Origin: Verrucomicrobiota bacterium
GTDB lineage: Bacteria > Verrucomicrobiota > Verrucomicrobiia > Opitutales > Coraliomargaritaceae
Assembly: GCA_039815375.1 (NCBI GenBank)
Contig: JBCBZJ010000018.1
Coordinates: forward strand, 1 to 64,000
Direction of reading: 5' to 3'
DNA length: 64,000 nucleotides
Shown: in pieces, positions 38,129 through 48,266 of the stretch
Layout: each line of letters opens with the position of its first letter
Position numbering within the stretch: the first letter of the stretch is position 1
The notes under the pieces: model-generated
The model's input: only the letters and a program-made list of their open reading frames with translations
Databases searched by the model: none
What the model was told of the DNA's origin: nothing
Position numbers and translations under genes: made by a program

Positions 38129-39500
38129 TCTGGAGAATTACTGCGTCATCGATCCGAGCACCGGGGATGCTCTCGAGTCCTATTCGAACCATTCGGCTGC
38201 AGAGATCGACAAGGCTCTCGAAGCCTCCACGCTGGCATTTGAATCCTGGAAACGAACCTCATATGGAGCACGCGCCGAGCTTCTTAATAAAGTAGCGTCC
38301 AAACTGCGTGAGGAGAAGTCCGTGCTGGCAGGGGCTATGGCAATTGAGATGGGCAAGCCCATCGGTATCGGTGAGGCCGAGGCAGAGAAGTGCGCCTTCG
38401 TTCTCGAATACTATGCCGAGAACGGAGAATCCTTTCTTCAGTCTTATACTGCTGAGGCAGGCTTTAGAGAGAGCTATGTGACCTATCGGCCGCTGGGACC
38501 GATTTTCGGTATCATGCCATGGAATTTTCCACTCTGGCAGGTTTTCCGTGCTTGTGCTCCCATCCTGATGGCGGGCAATACATTTGTTTTAAAGCACGCG
38601 CCACGAGTGCCTCGAACTGCTTTGGCAATCGAGCGTATTTTCCTCGAGGCCGGGTTCCCAGCGGGTGTCGTCCGCAATGTCTTTGCCGATAACCAGCAGG
38701 CAGCCGACATTATTGCATCACCTGCAATCAAAGGTGTCTGCCTGACAGGTAGTGAGCGGGCGGGAAGTGCTGTCGCTTCGACTGCAGGAAGGCATCTTAA
38801 GAAGGTGCTCCTTGAGCTCGGAGGTAGTGACCCTTATATCGTTTTGGAAGATGCGGATTTGGACCTTGCGGCCAACAAGACCGCCACCAGTCGGATGTTG
38901 AACAACGGTCAGACCTGTATTTCGGCGAAGCGCTTCATTGTTGTCGATGCTGTTGCAGATGCTTTTGCAGATAAGATGATCGCTGAACTGAAAGCTTACA
39001 AGATGGGTCACCCAACTGAAGAAGGTGTGAATCAAGGACCAGTCTCCCGCGAAGATCTTCGGAGACAGCTTTCCGATCAGGTGGATCGAAGTGTCGAGGC
39101 CGGCGCGGGTGTGCTGCTTGGCGGCAAGCCTCATGATGGCGATGGTTTCTTCTACCCGGCGACTCTGCTTGATGAAGTTGGAGTGGACTCACCTGCATTC
39201 AATGAGGAGTTGTTTGGTCCGGTCGGTTCAATCATTCGCGTCCGCGATGAAAAGGAGGCGATTCAACTCTCGAATGCGACTTCTCTTGGATTGGGAGGTG
39301 CTGTGTTTACTCAAGACATTGATCGGGGGAAACGGATCGCCGAAGAAGAGATCGAGGTGGGGACATGTGTGGTGAATGACTTTGTTCGCTCTGATCCGCG
39401 GCTCCCATTCGGTGGCATCAACCGCTCCGGCTTCGGTCGTGAACTCGGTGCTGAAGGAATTCGCGAATTTGTAAATATCAAGACGGTTTGCGTCGGTTAG
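38112..39500 (+). CDS. gabD: NAD(P)-dependent aldehyde dehydrogenase (succinate-semialdehyde dehydrogenase-like); start uncertain
   Basis: ALDH catalytic Cys (GQTCISAKR), Glu (LELGGSDP) and a Rossmann segment. The first ATG (38007) overlaps the porin by 122 nt. An in-frame TTG at 38112 or CTG at 38130 precedes the conserved N-terminus (NYCVIDPSTGD). Confidence 0.75.
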   Translation: MVTTSSLENYCVIDPSTGDALESYSNHSAAEIDKALEASTLAFESWKRTSYGARAELLNKVASKLREEKSVLAGAMAIEMGKPIGIGEAEAEKCAFVLEYYAENGESFLQSYTAEAGFRESYVTYRPLGPIFGIMPWNFPLWQVFRACAPILMAGNTFVLKHAPRVPRTALAIERIFLEAGFPAGVVRNVFADNQQAADIIASPAIKGVCLTGSERAGSAVASTAGRHLKKVLLELGGSDPYIVLEDADLDLAANKTATSRMLNNGQTCISAKRFIVVDAVADAFADKMIAELKAYKMGHPTEEGVNQGPVSREDLRRQLSDQVDRSVEAGAGVLLGGKPHDGDGFFYPATLLDEVGVDSPAFNEELFGPVGSIIRVRDEKEAIQLSNATSLGLGGAVFTQDIDRGKRIAEEEIEVGTCVVNDFVRSDPRLPFGGINRSGFGRELGAEGIREFVNIKTVCVG

Positions 39501-39518
39501 TCATCTGCATCTTTTGCT

Positions 39519-40580
39519 ATGCGTTACCTAGGTCTCAAAATCGGTCTGTTCACGGCTGTTCCATTTTTTGGACTGCAGGCCGCTGACGTGGCCGTTTATT
39601 TTCAGGCGCCGTGGCCGGACGGAGGTGCTTATCCCCCGCTTGCAGTCGCTGCTTTCGAATTGATGGAAGACCTTAATTACGAGGTTGAATACATCGATGC
39701 GGCAGACGTGAACGCGAACCGGCTTGGAGAGTATCGCATGCTCTTCTTCCCCGGCGGCTGGGCCGGAGGTTATAACGACTTCATCTCGGAAACGGGGAAG
39801 CAGAATATCCGCGACTTTGTTTCCAGTGGTGGCTCCTACATGGGTATGTGTGCCGGGTCTTTCTTTATTTCTGAAAGAGTGTTTTGGCGTGAAGGTCCCG
39901 GTGAGGATACCGAGCAGAATATCTATAACACGCGGGCCGGTTATACTTTGGACATGTGGAATGGTGTCTCCGACGGTGCAATATTTGACTTCCAGCCATG
40001 GAATACATCCGCAATCGGTTGCAACTTATTTCCCGGTGCGCGTATGGTCGACCTCACGATCGACCAAGAGCTCGTTCCGGAAGCTGAAGCTTCAGTAAAT
40101 GTTCTTTACTGGGGCGGACCAATCTACCGTCCTCCTGGAGGGAAGTGGAGCAATGAGAAGATCATTGCACGCTATGATATGGATGGTTTCTCGGGACATG
40201 AAGAGCCTGCAATTGTTACTTTTCCTTACGGTGAAGGGCGTATACTGATGAGTGCCGTGCACCCTGAGCTTTCCATCAACGAGAGCACTTGCGAGTTTTT
40301 TGATGATGACGAGCCAATTGTCGGCGCCCGCGTTTTTTTGAGCCATCTGGTTCAACGAATGATGGTTCCTGTTGAAAAGCCGGAACTGGCTGCTGTCTCC
40401 GGCGTGCGCCTTTTGACCTTTGAGACGCTTCTTGGCATGCGCTATCAGGTCCAGAGTTCTGTCAACGGATCGGATTGGACGGATTACGGCGAAGTGGTTG
40501 CAGCAGATTCCTTTGATTACCTGATCGAAATCCCAGTGGCTGACTCCGAACTTCAGTTCCGGATTACGATGATCGACTAA
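39519..40580 (+). CDS. secreted BPL_N-like / class I glutamine-amidotransferase-like domain protein
   Basis: Signal peptide. The GGSYMGMCAG nucleophile-elbow-like motif is typical of the biotin-protein-ligase N-terminal domain fold. Confidence 0.5.
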   Translation: MRYLGLKIGLFTAVPFFGLQAADVAVYFQAPWPDGGAYPPLAVAAFELMEDLNYEVEYIDAADVNANRLGEYRMLFFPGGWAGGYNDFISETGKQNIRDFVSSGGSYMGMCAGSFFISERVFWREGPGEDTEQNIYNTRAGYTLDMWNGVSDGAIFDFQPWNTSAIGCNLFPGARMVDLTIDQELVPEAEASVNVLYWGGPIYRPPGGKWSNEKIIARYDMDGFSGHEEPAIVTFPYGEGRILMSAVHPELSINESTCEFFDDDEPIVGARVFLSHLVQRMMVPVEKPELAAVSGVRLLTFETLLGMRYQVQSSVNGSDWTDYGEVVAADSFDYLIEIPVADSELQFRITMID

Positions 40581-41428
40581 GTTTTTGCACCAGGTTTCTG
40601 AAGCGGCCCGAGATCGGGGAAAGTCTTCACCGCAGCACCCGGCTGATACTGTGGAAAATCACGCCAGTGATCGCGAAAGCTCTTTAATGGCTGGCCCAGA
40701 TTCATGAGGCCTTTTTCCCTGGTCTCACGAAGATGGTTGAGGTCGATTTTCACGGGTATGATTTCACGGCCTGAGCCAGCCTGGTGAATGACATTTCCCT
40801 CCGAACCGATGACCACAGAGCGGCCGTTGCCAATCGATCCTGCGCCATTGATGTCAAAGAAGTAGACTTGGTTTGTGATTGCGCTCGCGCGTGCAATTGA
40901 GAGTTCGGCATCGCGATCGAGCGTTCCGGTCATGGTGGGGTGAAGGATGACCTCCGCCCCTAACCAGGTAAGCGCTCGGGTCGTCTCGGGAAACCACATG
41001 TCGTAACAAATCGAAACACCAAAGCGGCCGACATCTTCGATATCAAAAATACAAAATGCCTGTCCCGGCGTGATGCCTGCTTCGTAGGGTTCGAATGGGT
41101 ACATCTTGGCATAGCGGGCGATTTCTTTTCCCTCGGGGCTATAAACTAACGTGAGGTTGAGAATATCATCACCGTCCTTGGCAAAGATCGAGCCAGCGAC
41201 AAGGTAAAGTCCGGTTTCTCTGGCAAGTGCTGCGAAGAACTCTGAAGCCTCGCCGGGAATTGCCTGAGCATTGGCCTTGTCCGGGCCGTAAACGCAGAGT
41301 TCACTGAGAAGGACCATATCAACCCAGGGGTAGACGGCCTTTGTGAAGCGGACTTCATTCGCGATTTTATCGAGATTGTTTCCGGGTTTCAGATCAAGCT
41401 GTAGTCCTGCAATGGAAAAATGGCTCAT
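40577..41428 (-). CDS. carbon-nitrogen hydrolase (nitrilase superfamily)
   Basis: E-K-C triad context (ICYDMWFPE with the catalytic Cys). Confidence 0.8.
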   Translation of the reverse strand: MSHFSIAGLQLDLKPGNNLDKIANEVRFTKAVYPWVDMVLLSELCVYGPDKANAQAIPGEASEFFAALARETGLYLVAGSIFAKDGDDILNLTLVYSPEGKEIARYAKMYPFEPYEAGITPGQAFCIFDIEDVGRFGVSICYDMWFPETTRALTWLGAEVILHPTMTGTLDRDAELSIARASAITNQVYFFDINGAGSIGNGRSVVIGSEGNVIHQAGSGREIIPVKIDLNHLRETREKGLMNLGQPLKSFRDHWRDFPQYQPGAAVKTFPDLGPLQKPGAKT

Positions 41429-41445
41429 AAGTGCTTACTTTGATT

Positions 41446-43059
41446 CTAAACTCTTTCGAATCTTGGTGTGCTTTGCAATAACCGCTCGGTGTATTCGTGT
41501 TCGGGCTCCTTAAAGACTTTCGATACCGGGCCGCGCTCTACGATCTGGCCTTTGTAAAGAACGATTACGCGGTTAGCGACCTGTTCGACCAAAGCGAGAT
41601 CGTGAGTAATGAAAAGGAAGGCGGCATTGGTGCGTTCGCGGAGCTCGTTGAGCAGTTCCACGACACTCGCCTGAACCGATACATCCAGTGCGGCGGTCGG
41701 TTCGTCGAGTATAATGAGCTTCGGCTCCAGGACGAAGGCGCGCGCGAGTGCAATACGTTGCCGTTGACCACCGGAGAAGGCGTGAGGGAAACGCGAAAGG
41801 TGTTCATGAGAGAGGCCAACAGACTCGAGAGCACTTAGCACGCGCTGTTTGATTTCTTGATTATCCAGATCGGTCAACACACGGAGCGGTTCGCTTACGA
41901 TGTCGATCACACGCATGCGTGGGTTGAGAGAGGAGTAGGGGTTTTGAAAGACCACGCTGATATTCCGCCGCGCCTCTTTCAGTGTGTTGCCCGTGGCTTT
42001 GGAGATTTCTTTTCCTTCAAAGCGGATGACGCCGCCGCTGGGTTTCAGCAAATGTAGTAAAGACATTGCGAGTGTGGTTTTTCCTGATCCAGATTCACCA
42101 ACCAGCGCGGTGCACTCGCCGGGTAGAATTTGAAAGTCCACCTCATCAAGTGCTTTCACTGGTCCTGCCTTGGAAGGATAGACTTTAGTGAGCCCTCTGA
42201 CGCGCAAAATAGCTGGTGCATTGTCGCGGCCATCTTCGGATATGCTATCGGGGACAGGTGGTGTGATTTTTCCGGCTCCGAGGATGGGAACTGCGTCCAT
42301 CAATTGCTGTGTATACTCATGTTGTGGATTGCGGGTGACATCCTCCAGTGTGCCGCGTTCAACGATTTCGCCCTGGCGCATAACGGCGACTCGGTCAGCA
42401 AGAGAAGTAACCGCTCCGATGTCGTGAGTAATGAAGAGGAGAGCGATTTGATGTTCGTCCACCAGTTTGCGTAGTAGTTCGAGAATCTGCGCTTGCGTGG
42501 TCATGTCGAGCGCGGTCGTCGGTTCGTCCGCAATCAGGACTTTCGCTCGGCAGGACACCGCCAGCGCGATCATGATACGTTGTAACTGTCCGCCGGAGAA
42601 TTGGTGAGGGAAGCGGTCAATGGCACCTTCCGGATTGGGCAGTGCGACCTCCTTGAAGGCTTCGAGGATACGAGCACGAGCCTCAGATGGATCCAGATCG
42701 TGATGCGCTCGAAGAATTTCGCAAAGCTGGTCGCCGACCCTGAAGAACGGGTTCAGCGCAGTCATCGGATTCTGCGAGATCATCGCAATCGCCGAGCCGC
42801 GCATTTGTCGAATCACTTCCCTGGGCTTTCCCACGATCTCCTCGCTGCCCAGACAAATGCTACCCGTTACTTCACCGTTGCCCGGCGTCAGTCCGAGGCA
42901 GGCCAGTGAGAGCTGTGATTTTCCACTGCCGGATTCGCCGACGAGGCTGAGCACTTCGCCGGAATGAATTTTAATCGAGCATCCACGCACCGCTTCGACC
43001 TGACTCCGGCGTTGCCTGAAAGTAACTTTCAAGTCTTTGACTGTGAGTGCTGCAGGCAT
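41446..43059 (-). CDS. ABC transporter ATP-binding protein, duplicated ATPase (DppD/DppF fusion type)
   Basis: Two Walker A motifs (GESGSGKS; GESGSGKT), two LSGGQ signatures and two oligopeptide C-terminal regions. Confidence 0.9.
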   Translation of the reverse strand: MPAALTVKDLKVTFRQRRSQVEAVRGCSIKIHSGEVLSLVGESGSGKSQLSLACLGLTPGNGEVTGSICLGSEEIVGKPREVIRQMRGSAIAMISQNPMTALNPFFRVGDQLCEILRAHHDLDPSEARARILEAFKEVALPNPEGAIDRFPHQFSGGQLQRIMIALAVSCRAKVLIADEPTTALDMTTQAQILELLRKLVDEHQIALLFITHDIGAVTSLADRVAVMRQGEIVERGTLEDVTRNPQHEYTQQLMDAVPILGAGKITPPVPDSISEDGRDNAPAILRVRGLTKVYPSKAGPVKALDEVDFQILPGECTALVGESGSGKTTLAMSLLHLLKPSGGVIRFEGKEISKATGNTLKEARRNISVVFQNPYSSLNPRMRVIDIVSEPLRVLTDLDNQEIKQRVLSALESVGLSHEHLSRFPHAFSGGQRQRIALARAFVLEPKLIILDEPTAALDVSVQASVVELLNELRERTNAAFLFITHDLALVEQVANRVIVLYKGQIVERGPVSKVFKEPEHEYTERLLQSTPRFERV

Positions 43060-43925
43060 TAACGTTTATCGGTATAGTGAGGATCAAGCAGATCGCGTAT
43101 GCCGTCACCGAGGAGGTTGACACCCCAAACCAGAATGAAAATGGCGAGGCCCGGGAAGAAGGCGGTCCACCAGTATTCGAGAAAGATCGAACGGGAGTTC
43201 GAGATCATTAGACCCCACTCAATTGTTGGTGGGCGCGCACCCATACCGATAAAACTGAGCGAGGCTGCCGCCAGAATCGTATAGCCAAAGTCCATTGAGC
43301 CTTGAACGATGACCGGGGTCGTTGCATTCGGCAGAACGTGGCGGAGCATTATCCTAACAGGATGTGTGCCCATGGCCTGAGACGACTTCACGAAAAGTTC
43401 TTCTTTCACCGATATGACCGAAGCGCGGACAATACGTGCATACCAGGGAAACCATGAGATAGCCAGCGCCATGAGTGCATTGTAGAGGCCTGGTCCCAAG
43501 GCAGCAGTGATTGCAATCGGTAGTAGCAGGGGCGGGAAGGCCAGAAAGATATCGGCGACACGCATCAGGATCATATCGATACGACCGCCGAAGTAACCCG
43601 CCATCAAGCCAACAGGAAGTCCGATCAAGAGGGCGACCGACACGACCAGTAAACCAGTCATCAAGGAAGTGCGTGCACCATAGAGCACACGCGAAAAGAT
43701 GTCGCGGCCAAGAACATCCGTTCCGAAAAGATGCTCTATACTTGGTGTCATCAGTTTCGCATCGAAGTTGACCGCTAGTGGATCCTTGGGAGCAATCAAG
43801 GGAGCCGCTAGAGCGATGAGGATGAAGGCCAGAGCGATGCCGAGCCCGACGACGAAAAGACGGTTGTGCTTTAACAGGTCAGTCGCCTTTTCGCGGAATG
43901 TGATTTTATCGCCCTCCGCGCTCAT
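43059..43925 (-). CDS. ABC transporter permease (DppC/OppC-like)
   Basis: EAA-type motif and 6 TM helices. Confidence 0.85.
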   Translation of the reverse strand: MSAEGDKITFREKATDLLKHNRLFVVGLGIALAFILIALAAPLIAPKDPLAVNFDAKLMTPSIEHLFGTDVLGRDIFSRVLYGARTSLMTGLLVVSVALLIGLPVGLMAGYFGGRIDMILMRVADIFLAFPPLLLPIAITAALGPGLYNALMALAISWFPWYARIVRASVISVKEELFVKSSQAMGTHPVRIMLRHVLPNATTPVIVQGSMDFGYTILAAASLSFIGMGARPPTIEWGLMISNSRSIFLEYWWTAFFPGLAIFILVWGVNLLGDGIRDLLDPHYTDKR

Positions 43926-44938
43926 GATTTCCGCAGGCGTGGGTCCAGCACATGATAGAGCAGGTCCACGATTAGGTTGATGGATAGGTAGGCAAAAGCC
44001 ACGAAGAAAGTAACTCCGATGACGGCTGGGAAATCATTGTTCAGCAACGCTTGGACCATGTAACCGCCGACACCCGGCCAATCGAAAACATATTCGACGA
44101 TGATACTGCCACCGAGCATGAAGCCATAGGTTAGGCCGACAACGGTTAGCAGCGGAATGAGTGTGGCTTTGAGTGCATAGCGATAATGAATATCGGTTTG
44201 CTCTATGCCATAAGCACGGACGGTCTGAATGTAGTCTTGTTGCATTGCCTCAATCATGGTGCTGCGCGTGATGCGAACGATCGAAGCGGTTGAGGCCAGC
44301 GAGAGGGTGATGACCGGTAGCAGTAAATGCCTGACTGTGCTTGCAAAGGCGCCGAATTCTCCTGCGACCAATGTATCAATTAAGTAGAAGCCGGTCACCC
44401 TTTGGAAGGGACTGTCGAGCAATACGCCGCTGTCGATCCGTCCCTGAAGTGGTAACAGGTTAAGCACGCCGGCGAAGAAAATCTGCAGAAGTAAACCGAG
44501 AAAGAAGACGGGAATGGCTACCGCTGCGACAGAGCCCATGCGAACGCTGTGATCCAAAAGAGTTTCCTTTTTGACTGCAGCCTTCACACCGAGAGGAAGC
44601 CCAACCATAAGAGCCAGCATAAGAGCCAGTGTCACGAGTTCGAGTGTCGCGGTGGCACGTAGATAAACATCCTCTGTGACTGGCCGTCCCGTAATCAAAC
44701 TATCTCCGAAATTACCCTGAGCAGCTTTTTTTAGAAAGATGCCGTATTGCTGCACCAGCGGTTTATTGAGACCGAGCTCTTCTTCGGCCTTCGCGATTTG
44801 TTCCGCGGTTGGCTTTGCACCAAGCATCATTTCCACCGGCGATCCCGGCAGCACACGGCTAAGAAAGAAGGTGACTGTGATGACCCCAATAAGAATGAGG
44901 CCCATCAGTAGAACGCGTTGGACAATAATCCTAACCAT
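43922..44938 (-). CDS. ABC transporter permease (DppB/OppB-like)
   Basis: 6 TM helices with the BPD_transp_1 pattern. Confidence 0.85.
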   Translation of the reverse strand: MVRIIVQRVLLMGLILIGVITVTFFLSRVLPGSPVEMMLGAKPTAEQIAKAEEELGLNKPLVQQYGIFLKKAAQGNFGDSLITGRPVTEDVYLRATATLELVTLALMLALMVGLPLGVKAAVKKETLLDHSVRMGSVAAVAIPVFFLGLLLQIFFAGVLNLLPLQGRIDSGVLLDSPFQRVTGFYLIDTLVAGEFGAFASTVRHLLLPVITLSLASTASIVRITRSTMIEAMQQDYIQTVRAYGIEQTDIHYRYALKATLIPLLTVVGLTYGFMLGGSIIVEYVFDWPGVGGYMVQALLNNDFPAVIGVTFFVAFAYLSINLIVDLLYHVLDPRLRKS

Positions 44939-46499
44939 CTTTGCGACGGACCTCGCGGAAGAAGATCGCGTTGTATGCTGGGTTAGGATTTACCCCTGAG
45001 AGACCGGCACTGTGGACGATGCGTTCTTTGAGGTCGGCATAGAAGACGGCAACAGCGTCTTTGATTAGCATACGTTGCGCAGCTTGATACTTCTCAATTG
45101 CAGCAGCTCGGTCCATTGCTTCCAAACGAAGGCCGGCTTGAACGAGTTCGTCGTAGGCGGGGTTGGCATAGTAGGAGAGATTGAAATTGGCAGGTTCCTC
45201 TGTCTGGAAGAGCCCGGTAAGCCAGTCCGAGGGGGTGGCGTAGGTCGGCCACCAGGTCATTGAGATAGCGTTAGGTGCTGAGTTTGGATTCTTGGCAGCG
45301 TCCCAAATGGTGCCCCATGGGCCAGGGCGTAGCTCCACTTCGACGCCGATTTTGGATAGATTGCGCTGAAAGAGCTCGGCTGCGTTTTGGTAAGCTTCCG
45401 AGGATGAAATGTAGGCGATGGAGATTTTACGGTCTTCTTGCGGGACTCCGGATGCATCGAGAAGCTGTTGTGCTTTTTCCAAATCGAAGCCCGGTGTTTC
45501 CAGTGCTGCATCGTGTCCCCAAAGACTGGCCGGGATAATGCCGCGGGCAGTCTCGGCACTTCCGGCGTAGATGTTCTCAGTAACGGACTGATAGTCCCAG
45601 GCATAGGTGAGGGCCCTTCTGAAGTTCACATCGCTGGTCGGCCACTGTTGGGTGTTGATGAGAAACTGTGAGTTCTTCCAAGACGGTATGTATTCGACTG
45701 TGATGTCCGGGTTTTCTTCAAATGCGCTAACTAGATCGACTGAGATTAGAGAGATAAAGTCGGTTTCGCCAGCCAGCAGCAGCTGCACTTGGGTCGCACT
45801 CTCGCGGACGATCTTGTAGATTACTCTATCGATGGAGTCGTCGGACCAGCCCGCCCAGTGTTCTTCGTTGCGCTCAAGCACGACTTGCTGATTTCGATCC
45901 CATTGGCGTAGGTAGTAAGGGCCGGTTCCGGCGGCATTGCCTTCATCGAACCAATCTGTTCCAGCATTCGCAGCCGCAGGGGAGTAGATGTAGGCTGCAT
46001 ATTGTGATGAAGCAATTAAGTCGATGGGGGCAGGATATTTGGTCTCAATCTCCAGTCTCAGGTTGTCGATTGCACGGATTTCTTTGACTGCGTCCCAGAT
46101 ATAGAAGCCACCTTTGGCGAGCTCGATAGTGCGCGTCAGAGACAGCCGTGCAGCTTCTGCAGTAAGCGGCTCACCATCGTGGAAGTAGACGCCTTCGCGC
46201 AGTTTAAAAGTCCAAGTTAAACCGTCTTCGCTGACCGACCAGCTTTCAGCTAAGGCTGGTTCGAGAGGATCGTCTTTGCGGGTATGATCGTAGTAGACAA
46301 GCGGCTCGTAGATGTTAGCGAGCACCATCACTTCGAGTGAGAAGGCGACAGCGGGGTCCCAGTCCTTGATATCGCCATAGGTGGCGTAGATAACCGTGTT
46401 TGGATCACGGACGCGATCCGGAGCTAGAGCGACCGACAGGCAGACGATAACGATTGCCAAGAATCCGGCTATCCAGAATGCCTTCAGCAAACGCCCCAT
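44931..46499 (-). CDS. ABC transporter substrate-binding protein, family 5 (peptide/nickel)
   Basis: Signal peptide and SBP_bac_5 organisation. Confidence 0.85.
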   Translation of the reverse strand: MGRLLKAFWIAGFLAIVIVCLSVALAPDRVRDPNTVIYATYGDIKDWDPAVAFSLEVMVLANIYEPLVYYDHTRKDDPLEPALAESWSVSEDGLTWTFKLREGVYFHDGEPLTAEAARLSLTRTIELAKGGFYIWDAVKEIRAIDNLRLEIETKYPAPIDLIASSQYAAYIYSPAAANAGTDWFDEGNAAGTGPYYLRQWDRNQQVVLERNEEHWAGWSDDSIDRVIYKIVRESATQVQLLLAGETDFISLISVDLVSAFEENPDITVEYIPSWKNSQFLINTQQWPTSDVNFRRALTYAWDYQSVTENIYAGSAETARGIIPASLWGHDAALETPGFDLEKAQQLLDASGVPQEDRKISIAYISSSEAYQNAAELFQRNLSKIGVEVELRPGPWGTIWDAAKNPNSAPNAISMTWWPTYATPSDWLTGLFQTEEPANFNLSYYANPAYDELVQAGLRLEAMDRAAAIEKYQAAQRMLIKDAVAVFYADLKERIVHSAGLSGVNPNPAYNAIFFREVRRKDG

Positions 46500-47498
46500 C
46501 TATTCGTCGAAGATGCTCAGTGTGGCATCCCATGCGAGTTCGGAGGCGATAACACCAAGACCGGTTGCACCGATTTGGTCGTTACTGACCTCGTTTGTTG
46601 AAACGGCGTAAGTGATGTCTCCATCGTCAAAGGCAGCCAAAGGTTGTATGGCGCGCCCCTGAGCGGCATTGACCTGGCGTGCGAGTGAGCGCAGCTCGCG
46701 GTGATCCAGCTTTTGGTTTGTTACGATAAGTGTCAGAGTCGTGCGGCCGGAGGAGGTGATAACTTTGCCGCCTTTTTCGAGTTGTTCGTCGACGTATTCG
46801 GCTACGGTGAAGGTCTTGCCTGTCTTTTTGTCGCGGTTGCCAGCAACGACTTTTCCATCGCGCCCATGGATTGCGCCCAGAGCATTACAGACGACGAAGA
46901 CGGCGACCTTAGTCGGCCCGACTTGGCGGAAAGCACCACCCTGGCCGCCCCATTCTGCGAATTTCGGATCGAATCCAACACCCACCGAGGTGTGACTGCC
47001 AGCCCCGTGGCGACCTATGTAGAAAGTGTTGGGTTTTGCCGCCTCGAAAGCGGCTTTGCCTAAATGCACGTCAGGGTAGACAAGATTATTGCGAGGCAGG
47101 AAATCGTATACGATCGCACCGCGCACAACGGGCACATCATACCAGGAACCGCTCTTGCGCCGGTTAAAAAGCCCCTTGGCCACACCGGCAGAAGCTTCAA
47201 TACCCATCAGGGATCCCCCCGCGAAGCAGATCGCATCGACGTAACCGTCTCCCATCAAATAGGTGCCGGAGAAACCACCGCGCTGGTCGACCGCTGCCTG
47301 TGCACCTTTGGGAAAGTAGAAGATGGTGCAGCCTGTCGGACCTTCGGGATACTCAGCAGTGCCGATGCGGACACTGCGAAAATCCATCTCGAGTTTACGT
47401 GCGTCTTCAAAATCCGTATTGATTTCCCAGTCCTGGCCTTGGAGCAGAGCTACGAACGAAGACAGAACGGCAATGAGAGAGAGGAGTCGTTTTTTCAT
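46500..47498 (-). CDS. P1/S58 (DmpA-like) family peptidase, secreted
   Basis: Signal peptide. Motifs typical of L-aminopeptidase D-Ala-esterase/amidase (DmpA): GPTGCTIF..., GGS...TLTLIVTN. Confidence 0.7.
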   Translation of the reverse strand: MKKRLLSLIAVLSSFVALLQGQDWEINTDFEDARKLEMDFRSVRIGTAEYPEGPTGCTIFYFPKGAQAAVDQRGGFSGTYLMGDGYVDAICFAGGSLMGIEASAGVAKGLFNRRKSGSWYDVPVVRGAIVYDFLPRNNLVYPDVHLGKAAFEAAKPNTFYIGRHGAGSHTSVGVGFDPKFAEWGGQGGAFRQVGPTKVAVFVVCNALGAIHGRDGKVVAGNRDKKTGKTFTVAEYVDEQLEKGGKVITSSGRTTLTLIVTNQKLDHRELRSLARQVNAAQGRAIQPLAAFDDGDITYAVSTNEVSNDQIGATGLGVIASELAWDATLSIFDE

Positions 47499-47510
47499 AA
47501 AGTCTGCTAT

Positions 47511-48266
47511 CTATTTTGTTTCGACTGAGAGTGAAAGGACCTGTGCTTCGCCTTCGAACACACTCAAATTTTCGGAGTATCCGTAGATATAGACGAGTAG
47601 TTTTTCGCTGCTACGCATACGCCAATTTGTATTGCCGGTTTCGCCTCCTTTGCCGCCGACTCCGAAGCTGCCGACTTTCATCCACTCAACTTCTTCGCCT
47701 TGATCCGAATCGTAGAAAGTGGTGAAGACGCGACTTTTCGAGTCGTAGGAAAGCTTAATCGTGACTTCGGGAGGGAGCCTCAGATCTTCGGAATAAGTGC
47801 TTTCGACGGGTTTGCCACCCTGAACGATTTGGGTGAAAGCAGTCCGCGAGAAGTAGTTGTAGAGGCGGGCAACGCTTACGGTAGCGCTGACACGATTACT
47901 CAAATCAGTGGCCTGATAGACCTCGATGCCCACGCTTGCCAACTCTTCCGGGAGTTCGGGTATGGTGTCGTTGATGAAGGTTCCGATGATCTCGAAGTCT
48001 TGACTGGCACGAAGGCGCGCCGGCTGAAACATCTGATACTCAAAGTCTTTTGCCGATGCCTTATCGACCGAATACTCGAGTGCGCCTTCTTTAACTGTAA
48101 GCTTGCCGGCCCCGTTTTGGAAGGATGGCTTCAGTGCTTTTCTAGCCGCCTCGATATCGCTTAAGTTGAGCGACTCGATCTTTGCTGCCAGCGTTCCTGT
48201 AAAAAGAGAAATGGTGAGAACGCAGCCTATTAGACTACGGAGAGACAATTTTGTAGAATGCTTCAT
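47511..48266 (-). CDS. secreted protein, paralog 1 of a three-gene family
   Basis: Signal peptide after the MKHSTKLSL start. It shares a C-terminal block (VFTTFYD...W...G.FG) with the two downstream genes. Confidence 0.5.
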   Translation of the reverse strand: MKHSTKLSLRSLIGCVLTISLFTGTLAAKIESLNLSDIEAARKALKPSFQNGAGKLTVKEGALEYSVDKASAKDFEYQMFQPARLRASQDFEIIGTFINDTIPELPEELASVGIEVYQATDLSNRVSATVSVARLYNYFSRTAFTQIVQGGKPVESTYSEDLRLPPEVTIKLSYDSKSRVFTTFYDSDQGEEVEWMKVGSFGVGGKGGETGNTNWRMRSSEKLLVYIYGYSENLSVFEGEAQVLSLSVETK

